Of a stretch of 64,000 nucleotides of DNA, positions 25,601 to 34,500 are shown piece after piece. Position 1 is the stretch's first letter. Each line of letters starts with the position of its first letter. The position numbers were made by a program, and so were the translations under genes. The notes beneath the pieces were generated by a model. That model was not told the DNA's origin. It ran no database searches and worked only from the letters and a program-made list of their open reading frames with translations. This DNA comes from Lepidodermella squamata (Eukaryota; Animalia; Gastrotricha): the NCBI GenBank assembly GCA_047495785.1, contig JBLDXI010000018.1, positions 558,001 through 622,000 of the forward strand. The letters run 5' to 3'.

Positions 25601-28600
25601 AACGATATCTTGGATGCATCCCAAGCCCAATCGTGGCCCGTGCATTTAGTTTTGTTCATGAAATAGCAATACCAACAGCTCTCTCGTTATTTTATCATTT
25701 CCTACGTCATCAATTCGCTTGGGATTTCAGTCACGATTCAAAACAAGAGCTAACCGACGTGTTTTCGTTACAGCAACTTGCGACCCACCCTGCCAAAATG
25801 GTGGTTCGTGTTTCGACACAAACGTCTGCACGTGCACCGTCCTCTACACAGGCTCGACGTGCGAAAAAGGTAATTCGGCGAACTTCACTATCATGTTTAC
25901 ATCGTACTTATCACTTGCACAAAATGCAATACGAATATAGATAAGTGGTTTGTCGCATCAGGCGGTCCGAAGCCTTACATCGAGGCTATACGAGCATGTC
26001 AGGCCGAAGGTGGCCAACCTGCGACCTACCAAGACGAAGTGGGTGATGTAGGCGGACAGCAAAGTTTCTGGTATGCAGCTGCAGGATCCTTCATTTTCGG
26101 TGACGGCCAATTACTGGACTGGGGCCTGAAGCCGGTGAGCTGGTTCCCCGGCGAACCGAAAAATGACGGAGCGTGTAAGTTGCCCACCAGGGATCGCAAA
26201 TTCTCGCTAATAACGAATTTTTACGCGACCGCATGTGCATCGCCTTGTTTGTAGGGTACGAATAATTGTTACAGGGTGCTCCAAAAGTCCTTGTAGGTCG
26301 GTACGTTAATAACACTATTTAATTCTTTAGAAAATTCAAGATTCCTCTAATAAGATTGTAAACGCCCCCAAATAGTAATTCGACCATGCGGAAAAGGAAA
26401 AAATATATTTGGGTTGATAAAACCCATTGGTACCTCTCGACGTAACGATCAAACCAGCCTTCCAAGCTTCGAAAGCCTTTCCACCCTAATTAGCCCGAAA
26501 ACATAGGGAAATTGTACATTTGATCGATTATTTTGAATTCTATTCATTGCAGAACTATATGGGCTGCAATTATTTACCAAATTGCGAAAAATGACTAGTC
26601 CAACGTTACGCAATCGAGCGTAATAGACTTGACGCCACCTTCGAACGATTGCGCAATGTTCAACAGTCATACGCACCGTTATCCTTTGAAAGCCTGGGGT
26701 GTCCGTATTTTTAGTCAAAATTACATGTCAAAATGATCGCGGAATAGTAAGGAATCCAAATCTATGCCAACTATAACTCTATTCACTACAACCATGATGC
26801 AATACAAGCATTTGTTACCTACAAGGACTTTTGGAGCACCCGGTATATGAATAAATTAACTCGTAGCGTAGCCGATTGCATTGAGTTGCAGCGGGACCTG
26901 GACAAAATCATCGAATGGTTTGGAGAAAACGGTCCATCCGTGAATTCAAAGAAGTGTGTCGTGCTTTGGCTTGGCAGCAGAGATCTCTCCTTTAAATTCA
27001 GGATAAAAGGTGTCGAACTAAATGTTGTTGAATCTGTGAAGGATCTTGGCATTATTGTGGACAAGGATTTGAATTTTTCTGAGCATTGTGAAGCACTCGC
27101 ATTAACCCTTTCACGGCAGAATTTTTTCAGCCAAGCAAAAAATCGAATTTTTGAATTTTCAGGCAAATGAAGAAAATAGTCGGAAAATCGACAACAGAAT
27201 GTCAAACTAGGCACTTGGCGCACCAGGTTCTAATTTCGCTGAAAATTTTAATCACCCTAGTTTTTTTTAATATAGATTCATCCGGATGAATTCATAGGAT
27301 TCGTCGGCCAGGTTACCGTTTTGCCATGTTTGCATAAAAAGTCATAAAAACGGAATAGGTAGTTCATGTGACCCTGCCGGACACGGCTGTCAAGTCAGAT
27401 CTGAGAGAAAAGGTTTTTGAGATGTCGATTTCTTCGATTGAAAAAATATAAAAAACACACATCGGTTTGAAATTTTGAAATTCGTCGCTTTCCTAGAAGC
27501 AAATATAATAATAATAGTTTTATTTAGCCTCTCCTAGACTGCACGTCATTATACCGTTTCCAGTTTTGAAGAGGGCGAAGGCAGGCAAAGATTGAAAATT
27601 AATCCTTACCCACCCCCACAGTTGAAGATTCTGCTTTTCCCGAAAAATTCATAATTATCAATCGAGTTAACAATCATGCGCCATTCATCTTTTTCAATCT
27701 TTGTAAATTGTAAATTGTAATTGTAAATCAGGAATAATTTTAGTTTCAAATTTATTTTCGCCCAGTTTTTTCTTATCACCTTTTTTCTTAGTAACCTTAT
27801 CCTTTTTGTCTTTCTTAATGTTAGATTTCTTTTTCCGGCGTATTTCCTTAGTGAGTCCTACTTTAATCAAACTCCTAGAAGCAACGGAATAATGAAATTC
27901 GAGTTCCAGATTCTTGTAGGCAAAAGTAGTACGGTATGAAAGGAGAGCCAAAAATTCGACAAATTACCCGAGCTGCAATGCAAACATGCAAAGTCAAAAT
28001 TCCGAAATCGTCCTTGTGGCCATGAAAGGGTTAAAGTGCCATCGTATGAACGGCCTAATCTGTAAATTTAGTTCCAAATCCCTTCGCCTCCAGGCTTATA
28101 AGACCTACACAATGTCAAGACTCGACTACTGCCCTTCTGTGTAGTCGCCATATCTGCTCAAGGATATTCATGCATTAGAATCTGTACAAGCCCATTTCAC
28201 AAAAAGATTATCATACCGCAGCTCATACTACTCGACAATTGAAGGTGCCTCATATGAAGAAAGACTTCGGAAATTAGGAATTTTATCCTTAGAGATGCGT
28301 CGTTTTCCGCGCGATCTAGCTCTCTGCCATAAGCTTTATCTGAATATGGTGGACGAACAATTTTCTCGTTTCTTCACTATATCGAAAAACGGTCGCTTGC
28401 CAAATCATGCGGTTGTCATGGAAAAGTTCAGAAAAATGAACTATCAATACTCATTTGTGCGACGTGTGCGTGCGGCGTGGAATTCTGTACCCTCTGAGGT
28501 CGTAAATAGCTCTCATTTTAATTTCTTGAAATATACTAGAAGCAATGCCTGCGAACTAGAACAATATACTATATCGGTGGTGAGGCGCCTCGACCCTTTT

Positions 28601-31265
28601 TAATTGCTAAACGTCGCAAGACAAATTGCAACAATAAATCAGTGTATCAGTGTATGTCTTGACCATTTGTGTTTTGAATTCAGGCTTGGCGCTGCGCATC
28701 GATTCAGCATCAAATTACGGCTATAACGACGTTGACTGTACGACATTTACACTGCTGGATATCTACTGCGAAGATCCAAGCTCGGTATTTCTGTGCAATT
28801 ATATATAAACAACCTGATCAACTTGTGCTATCAGGGCGGGGTGACGTTGCTTAGCAGTGGCACGGCCAAGTCGTGGACGGATGCAGACACGCTGTGTAAA
28901 GCTGCGTCCAAAATCCTTCCTATCGCCGCGGATGCGACGTCCATGTCGACTCTCGCAGCCACGTACCTATCTGCTGGTAACATTTTTTTAAACGCAAAGA
29001 TGCGAGAATACCTGATTCACGACTATCTAATTGGCGACACGATCCCGGCTAGAAACCCAGATACTACTAACCAGTGTAAGTTTCAGTTAAATATAAAACA
29101 TTCCTTTTCATGAACCCCTAAACAATACGTGCGTTAAATTGTAGCCTCGATTCGCAGTGTCACAGTCTAACTAATTTTTCGGAGGGGTCAGGTGGTCGCT
29201 GACGATCGAAATACTGGAAAGGTTCCAGCTTGTTAAGCATACTTTAATGTATACTACACCACCTGTTGATCGCCTGACTCTTTGCATTAGCGTCCCAAAA
29301 ATGATAAAGTGCTAGGAAGTTGTTATTTCACAGGCTGGTGGCACCTGTGTTTGCTGAGGCGCCAGATTGTTACTAAAAATAAAGATCGTTAAAGTGGATA
29401 AAATTTATCGTAACTGAAATGTTGAGCTCGATAAGTAATTTAGATGGGGTCATAAAACCGATAAGTAATTTAGACGCTGCTGTCGTAAACCTGATAAGTA
29501 ATTTAGATTGAGTCGTAAATCTGATAAGTTGTAAAATTTATCATTTTGAAATTTATCAAATTTAGCGGGAATAGGGTTGAAAACAGGAAAATTATGTCGA
29601 CATGGGCCGCAAGGCCTAGTGAATTCGGCGAGGTGAAACCGAGCCATTTTCTGAGGCCCAGCCGAGGAAAATTCGAAGTCATGACCGAGGCGCAGCCGAG
29701 GTTGACAGATTTGAAGTATTCATCCGGAACGTCTTAGTCACACTCGAAATCTTGATGAATCTTCGCTGTAAATTTTTTAATTGACATTATTATTAATATT
29801 CTTGCAGATCCCTAAGCGCAGCTTCTTTCCTATTTTTCTTATTCTGAGAACGCTTAGCCTGAGTCATTTGTTTAGGTAGTGTTTAGTCCGGGAAATTGAT
29901 GTTGCATCGACCAACAATTTTGCAATTGAATGAAGAAACAAATAATCTTCGAAATGCGCAAGCAGCATCAGGTGTTGTTTTTCAACCTGATGTTACCCTA
30001 CAAACATAATTTTGGCGACAATTGTTGGTGAATTTGGTAAATACTGCAACTTCACCTGATACTCAGCAAACATTTTAAATCGTCAAACGATCCACATCTG
30101 GTGTGGTATACGAATTGTTATGCATCCTCGCTCTCTGCTTTTCTGGCTTAAATCGCTGTATACATATGTAAGTAGCTCGCAGAGGCAGGAATTGACAATG
30201 ATAAGAACAAGCAGGGCAAAATTGACTCGGTATCAGAATATAAACTAATTTTGATTTTAATTATTTTGTTATGTATTTAGTATTCATGTTCTGGATTTTA
30301 ATAATGAGATTGATTTTTCCGGCATCTAAATTGTAGGAAGTTTCTAAATAAATTGTCACTACCTTTGTTAGTAAAGGAGGGTGGCTCACCATCATTGCCT
30401 GGTCGCCGTCGACGGAATGATCGAAATTTGCACGGAATCACATCGTTTTTCTCTGCACCAGGCAAAGCCTAGAAGGCTGAAATTCAGATGAAAAAAGCCT
30501 ACACAGTTTCGAGATATTAAGGTGGATTTTAATTACCTGGGGATTTTTTAGGCGAAATTCCTTCTTTAAAGTTGAATTAGAAATCCCCTGCCGTTTCTGC
30601 GGGGCTCATAATCTAAGTGTGTGCAATCAGAGGAGTTTATCTCACTACTAGCTTTTTTCTTCGAAATTCCAAGGAGTAATGATTACGCAACACTGCTATA
30701 CAGTGTGCAAACAATAGATTTTTCAATATTGATTTTCTCGACATCGAAGCCGAATTGCACGACGGGGTATGTTCCATTATGACCGTCAAAAGCTGCCAGA
30801 TTGTTTCATCTTTTTCCAAGAATTTATGGATATGCTTTTCGTTCAAATTTACAATGGCCGATCCACGGTACAAAGTTCATAATTAAATTTTAATGCGAAG
30901 TGTGTGAGTGTCCGATCTGTAACATTATTGTCTAGCTATGGTTGGTTGGCTCGAGCTTTTGGTTTTCAAAAATTGTCACCGCCGAAAATGAGTAAACACG
31001 GATCTAGAGAGGTGTTAATACATTTGTTTACAAAAAAGTTCACGAGTCAACTCATTCGGTCTAGCAGGAGTTGGTCCGGTATTTAGAGGGTTAATAATCA
31101 TAATCATAATCTGCTGCTTTCTGTAGCATGAAGGAGTGGCCGGTCATTTACAGTCATTTACTTTGCATTTGTTTTAAAGGTATGGACTCAATAGGAATGA
31201 TTATGGAATGCAATCGCACTCTACCAATCGTATGCGTTCGCCTGCCAGGCCTCGAGGAACTCTAA
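10239..31265 (+). CDS. Secreted multidomain C-type lectin/EGF protein (~789 aa): signal peptide + five 4-Cys repeats + EGF-CTL-CTL-EGF-CTL-CTL; 19 exons
   Basis: Exons: 10239-10403, 10474-10515, 10578-10664, 13873-13950, 14016-14096, 14158-14209, 14385-14542, 14600-14668, 14722-14791, 15061-15159, 15218-15463, 15524-15624, 21294-21576, 21628-21708, 25774-25869, 25941-26174, 28684-28784, 28835-29075, 31180-31265. All GT-AG and phase-consistent; total 2370 nt with no internal stop. N-terminus MKLVVVTMMMAVLIAANSGVVRC is signal-peptide-like. Confidence 0.8.
10926..11661. mobile_element. MITE (PIF/Harbinger-like termini) with CAAACA/TGTTTG subterminal repeats
   Basis: Perfect 22-bp TIR GGCTCGTATAAACGGGCAAACA ... 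TGTTTGCCCGTTTATACGAGCC; flanks ATA / TTA (imperfect 3-bp TSD). Confidence 0.85.
12633..12815. repeat. Short degenerate repeats of TTGGCAAGATGAAAAAGA (one copy inverted)
   Basis: About five direct copies plus an inverted copy at the left edge; probably the subterminal region of a DNA element. Confidence 0.6.
13210..13560 (-). mobile_element. 5'-truncated non-LTR retrotransposon 3' fragment (Jockey/I-like post-RT region)
   Basis: LYGAPAW...L..LQ..AL..LLNLPQYT motif is typical of the LINE ORF2 C-terminus; frameshifted downstream. Confidence 0.65.
13873..14791 (+). CDS. Lectin gene exons 4-9: 4-Cys repeats 2-5
   Basis: Six small exons separated by 53-175-bp GT-AG introns, giving a continuous Cys-patterned peptide. 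Confidence 0.7.
15061..15624 (+). CDS. Lectin gene exons 10-12: EGF-like domain 1 and C-type lectin domain 1
   Basis: Phase 1-1 exon CNLACQNNGTCGASATKCVCRAGFVGDLCEK. CTL pattern F.EAAEGC..GG.LA...FVGL...W...P...C|V...C.....IVCQ. Confidence 0.85.
16159..16351 (-). mobile_element. RTE-like LINE fragment (minus-strand copy, left part; continues at 19036-19087)
   Basis: Minus-strand translation ERLRYLGHIVRSRDYDEKGLINKIYTW.PP/FGWLAPRGRTRTR...KVGLTKEIR, homologous to ORF 18002-18487. Confidence 0.8.
16671..18594 (+). mobile_element. 5'-truncated RTE-clade LINE (reverse transcriptase ORF2), interrupted by a SINE
   Basis: EWSTALITPIYKNKG...NYRGISLLS, one frameshift, then QFGF...FIDLEKAYD...GLRQGCPLSP...FADD...FKYLGS. 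The frame is restored across the SINE (GIHVMD-YIPN). AATAAA + (TTA)n tail; 11-bp TSD ATATTT(G/T)CGAG at 16660-16670 and 18595-18605. Confidence 0.92.
17720..17999 (+). mobile_element. tRNA-derived SINE with CORE-like central motif and RTE-derived 3' tail
   Basis: A-box TGGCGCAGTGG (17733-17743), B-box GTTCGAGTCC (17778-17787), GCGACCTTGAGCAAGTCGCTT (~17819-17839), (TTA)n tail, TSD ACGTGATGGAT at 17709-17719 and 18000-18010. Confidence 0.9.
18595..18889. repeat. Near-perfect inverted repeat (~130-bp arms, ~30-bp spacer) inside the TIR element
   Basis: ATATTTTCGAGCGAGAACCCC...GAATTTGTCAAAAAT mirrored by ATTTTTAACAAATTC...GGGGTTCTCGCTCGAAAATAT. Confidence 0.92.
19036..19087 (-). mobile_element. 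RTE-like LINE fragment (minus-strand copy, right part)
   Basis: Minus-strand NIRLALCGGLIEVSRIVEK, contiguous with ERLRYLGH at 16351 once the TIR element and one TSD are removed. Confidence 0.8.
19400..19790 (-). mobile_element. Possible degenerate LINE APE endonuclease fragment
   Basis: Frame-broken motifs QET, LDGYRVAAHRDRPSRAGAVNILV and FRIACLYR resemble CR1/L2-type APE motifs. Confidence 0.4.
20510..21050 (+). mobile_element. Degenerate LINE APE endonuclease C-terminal fragment
   Basis: MGDLNIRTG, RNSKD, LHIVNG..DEYGEFT, VVGYAL and ISH motifs with stops. Confidence 0.7.
21294..21708 (+). CDS. Lectin gene exons 13-14: C-type lectin domain 2
   Basis: AKAFCEAKGM.MLS...VWAG...YTW...C|G...SC...ALCE; 51-bp intron at 21577-21627. 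Confidence 0.85.
21840..22930 (-). mobile_element. Degenerate LINE reverse transcriptase fragment (CR1/L2/Crack-like)
   Basis: LYADDLVLMAENPENLQKLLDEL...LKINVEKTKMMI, then EFKYLG; frameshifts and stops. Confidence 0.8.
23287..24008. mobile_element. MITE with CACTA-like termini and TA TSD; internal CCCCTGATCAGGGG palindromic repeats
   Basis: TA|CACTAGAAAAAATTAACCCCTGATCAGGGG ... CCCCTGATCAGGGGTTATTTTTTTCAAGTG|TA; many CTGATCAG copies inside. Confidence 0.85.
24269..24501. mobile_element. Small MITE with ~42-bp imperfect TIRs
   Basis: GGCAAGCTTCAACCCAGTCAAATTTGGTGTCGTTCAAAAGCC ... GGCTTTCGAACGACACCAAATTTGACTAGGTTGAAGTTTACC. Confidence 0.8.
24505..25172 (+). mobile_element. 5'-truncated RTE-clade LINE 3' fragment (second family)
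   Basis: Uninterrupted 217-aa ORF: VSSFTYLGS...LRWYGHVARM...RPRGRPKLRWLD...AKDRNEWR; short TGA-repeat-like tail. Confidence 0.88.
25774..26174 (+). CDS. Lectin gene exons 15-16: EGF-like domain 2 and first part of C-type lectin domain 3
   Basis: CDPPCQNGGSCFDTNVCTCTVLYTGSTCEK (phase 1-1), then Y.EAIRAC..EGG...FW...WFPGEPKNDGAC. Confidence 0.85.
27106..28030. mobile_element. Non-autonomous piggyBac-like element
   Basis: TTAA|CCCTTTCACGGC ... GCCATGAAAGGG|TTAA; removing it restores the CR1 reading frame. Confidence 0.88.
27503..27872 (-). mobile_element. RTE-like LINE 3' end (same family as 16671-18594) inside the piggyBac-like element
   Basis: KVGLTKEIRRKK...NKFETKIIPDLQL...YEFFGKSRIFNCGGG*; (TTA)n tail; 12-bp TSD TCCTAGAAGCAA at 27491-27502 and 27873-27884. 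Confidence 0.88.
28684..29075 (+). CDS. Lectin gene exons 17-18: end of CTL 3 and first part of CTL 4
   Basis: CLALRIDSASNYGYNDVDC...IYCE, then KSWTDADTLC...IFLNA...NQC|GTAAGT. Confidence 0.8.
29428..29530. repeat. Short ~30-33-bp tandem repeat (GATAAGTAATTTAGA core), 3-4 copies
   Basis: Core at ~29430, 29460 and 29493, with a partial copy at 29523. Confidence 0.7.
31180..31265 (+). CDS. Lectin gene terminal exon 19: end of CTL 4
   Basis: Acceptor TTTTAAAG ends at 31179; phase 1 gives CMDSIGMIMECNRTLPIVCVRLPGLEEL*, which supplies the closing CTL cysteines. Confidence 0.65.
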
Positions 31266-31454
31266 ATGAAGCTTTCCGCTCCTTTGTCAGGCTGCTATGT
31301 TGACATCATATAGCTCCTTTGCTAAATGACGCTTAAACTTTTTTATATTAGGCGGCGTGTGGCTTTGCCTAACGGCACAAAACAAGTGACGTGTTACACT
31401 TAAACTATGATAGCTAACGACACACTACGACATGGATTTAAGCTCTGCGCAAAT

Positions 31455-31465
31455 AATAAAATAAA
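31455..31465 (+). terminator. Candidate polyadenylation signal(s) of the lectin gene
   Basis: Overlapping AATAAA hexamers ~190 bp after the stop codon. Confidence 0.5.
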
Positions 31466-31591
31466 TTTATGGTTTAGAATTACCAAAAACTATGCATGCA
31501 GGATTGCATTCGTATTGCAGGAAAAGAGAATGCGCGGTCACGTGGCATGACTAGCTAGATCTGAGGCAGTACTTTTCCTCCTTTTCGAAAC

Positions 31592-34500
31592 TTGGCGCAC
31601 ATTTCGGATGACCGATATTTCGCTGCCAGCCAAAACGGCTGAAATCGCAGTTTTGGACCCTTGTGCGTATCACCACGATGCAGAAACGTGCTCCACCGCG
31701 GAAAATCAGCCATATTCTGGCATCATTCGATAGTGGCAGCATTGCCAAACACGTTTGCAGCCGATTGGCGCACATATCGGATGACCGATATTTCGCTGCC
31801 AGCCAAAACGGCTGAAATGGCCGTTTTAGACCATTGTGCGTATCACCACGATGCAGAATCGTGCTCCACCGCGGTAAATCAGACATATTCTGGCATCATT
31901 CGATAGTGGCAGCATTGCCAAACACGTTTGCAGCCGATTGGCGCACATATCGGATGACCGATATTTCGCTGCCAGCCAAAACGGCTGAAATCGCAGTTTT
32001 GGACCCTTGTGCGTATCACCACGATGCAGAATCGTGCTCCACCGCGGTAAATCAGCCATATTCTGGCATCATTCGAGAGTGGCAGCATTGCCAAACACGT
32101 TTGCAGCCGATTGGCGCACATATCGGATGACCGATATTTCGCTGCCAGCCAAAACGGCTGATATCGCAGTTTTGGACACTTGTGCGTATCACCAAGATGC
32201 AGAATCGTGCTCCACCGCGGTAAATCAGCCATATTCTGGCATCATTCGATAGTGGCAGCATTGCCAAACACGTTTGCAGCCGATTGGCGCACATATCGGA
32301 TGACCGATATTTCGCTGCCAGCCAAAACGGCTGATATCGCAGTTTTGGACCCTTGTGCGTATCACCACGATGCAGAATCGTGCTCCACCGCGGTAAATCA
32401 GCCATATTCTGGCATCATTCGAGAGTGGCAGCGTTGCCAAACACGTTTGCAGCCGATTGGCGCACATATCGGATGACCGATATTTCGCTGCCAGCCAAAA
32501 CGGCTGAAATGGCCGTTTTAGACCATTGTGCGTATCACCACGATGCAGAATCGTGCTCCACCGCGGTAAATCAGACATATTCTGGCATCATTCGATAGTG
32601 GCAGCATTGCCAAACACGTTTGCAGCCGATTGGCGCACATATCGGATGACCGATATTTCGCTGCCAGCCAAAACGGCTGAAATCGCAGTTTTGGACCCTT
32701 GTGCGTATCACCACGATGCAGAATCGTGCTCCACCGCGGTAAATCAGCCATATTCTGGCATCATTCGAGAGTGGCAGCATTGCCAAACACGTTTGCAGCC
32801 GATTGGCGCACATATCGGATGACCGATATTTCGCTGCCAGCCAAAACGGCTGATATCGCAGTTTTGGACACTTGTGCGTATCACCAAGATGCAGAATCGT
32901 GCTCCACCGCGGTAAATCAGCCATATTCTGGCATCATTCGATAGTGGCAGCATTGCCAAACACGTTTGCAGCCGATTGGCGCACATATCGGATGACCGAT
33001 ATTTCGCTGCCAGCCAAAACGGCTGATATCGCAGTTTTGGACCCTTGTGCGTATCACCACGATGCAGAATCGTGCTCCACCGCGGTAAATCAGCCATATT
33101 CTGGCATCATTCGAGAGTGGCAGCATTGCCAAACACGTTTGCAGCCGATTGGCGCACATATCGGATGACCGATATTTCGCTGCCAGCCAAAACGGCTGAA
33201 ATCGCAGTTTTGGACCCTTGTGCGTATCACCACGATGCAGAAACGTGCTCCACCGCGGTAAATCAGCCATATTCTGGCATCATTCGATAGTGGCAGCATT
33301 GCCAAACACGTTTGCAGCCGATTGGCGCACATATCGGATGACCGATATTTCGCTGCCAGCCAAAACGGCTGAAATGGCCGTTTTAGACCATTGTGCGTAT
33401 CACCACGATGCAGAATCGTGCTCCACCGCGGTAAATCAGACATATTCTGGCATCATTCGATAGTGGCAGCATTGCCAAACACGTTTGCAGCCGATTGGCG
33501 CACATATCGGATGACCGATATTTCGCTGCCAGCCAAAACGGCTGAAATCGCAGTTTTGGACCCTTGTGCGTATCACCTCGATGCAGAAACGTGCTCCACC
33601 GCGGTAAATCAGCCATATTCTGGCATCATTCGATAGTGGCAGCATTGCCAAACACGTTTGCAGCCGATTGGCGCACATATCGGATGACCGATATTTCGCT
33701 GCCAGCCAAAACGGCTGATATCGCAGTTTTGGACACTTGTGCGTATCACCAAGATGCAGAATCGTGCTCCACCGCGGTAAATCAGCCATATTCTGGCATC
33801 ATTCGATAGTGGCAGCATTGCCAAACACGTTTGCAGCCGATTGGCGCACATATCGGATGACCGATATTTCGCTGCCAGCCAAAACGGCTGATATCGCAGT
33901 TTTGGACCCTTGTGCGTATCACCACGATGCAGAATCGTGCTCCACCGCGGTAAATCAGCCATATTCTGGCATCATTCGAGAGTGGCAGCATTGCCAAACA
34001 CGTTTGCAGCCGATTGGCGCACATATCGGATGACCGATATTTCGCTGCCAGCCAAAACGGCTGAAATCGCAGTTTTGGACCCTTGTGCGTATCACCACGA
34101 TGCAGAAACGTGCTCCACCGCGGTAAATCAGCCATATTCTGGCATCATTCGATAGTGGCAGCATTGCCAAACACGTTTGCAGCCGATTGGCGCACATATC
34201 GGATGACCGATATTTCGCTGCCAGCCAAAACGGCTGAAATGGCCGTTTTAGACCATTGTGCGTATCACCACGATGCAGAATCGTGCTCCACCGCGGTAAA
34301 TCAGACATATTCTGGCATCATTCGATAGTGGCAGCATTGCCAAACACGTTTGCAGCCGATTGGCGCACATATCGGATGACCGATATTTCGCTGCCAGCCA
34401 AAACGGCTGAAATCGCAGTTTTGGACCCTTGTGCGTATCACCACGATGCAGAAACGTGCTCCACCGCGGTAAATCAGCCATATTCTGGCATCATTCGATA

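Larger units (their letters stand above)
26840..28655 (+). mobile_element. 5'-truncated CR1-like LINE split by a piggyBac-like insertion
   Basis: LQRDLDKIIEW...VKDLGIIVDKDLNFSEHCEALAL|KCHRMNGLI...SRLDYC..V*SPYL.KDI..LESVQ.HFTKR; AATAAA + (TCAGTGTA)2 tail. Confidence 0.85.

Noticed and set aside
29428-29530. CRISPR-like repeat-spacer pattern
   Set aside because: 15-bp core with only ~15-18-bp related spacers, in a eukaryotic intron with no cas genes; an ordinary minisatellite.
30380-31094. piggyBac-like right end (…TTTAGAGGG|TTAA)
   Set aside because: I found no matching left TIR and no convincing transposase remnant, so it is not called as a feature.
29145-31403. Other candidate terminal exons for the lectin gene (acceptors at ~29144, 29333, 31290, 31351)
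   Set aside because: In phase 1 they give short peptides without the closing C...C CTL pattern; only 31180 does.
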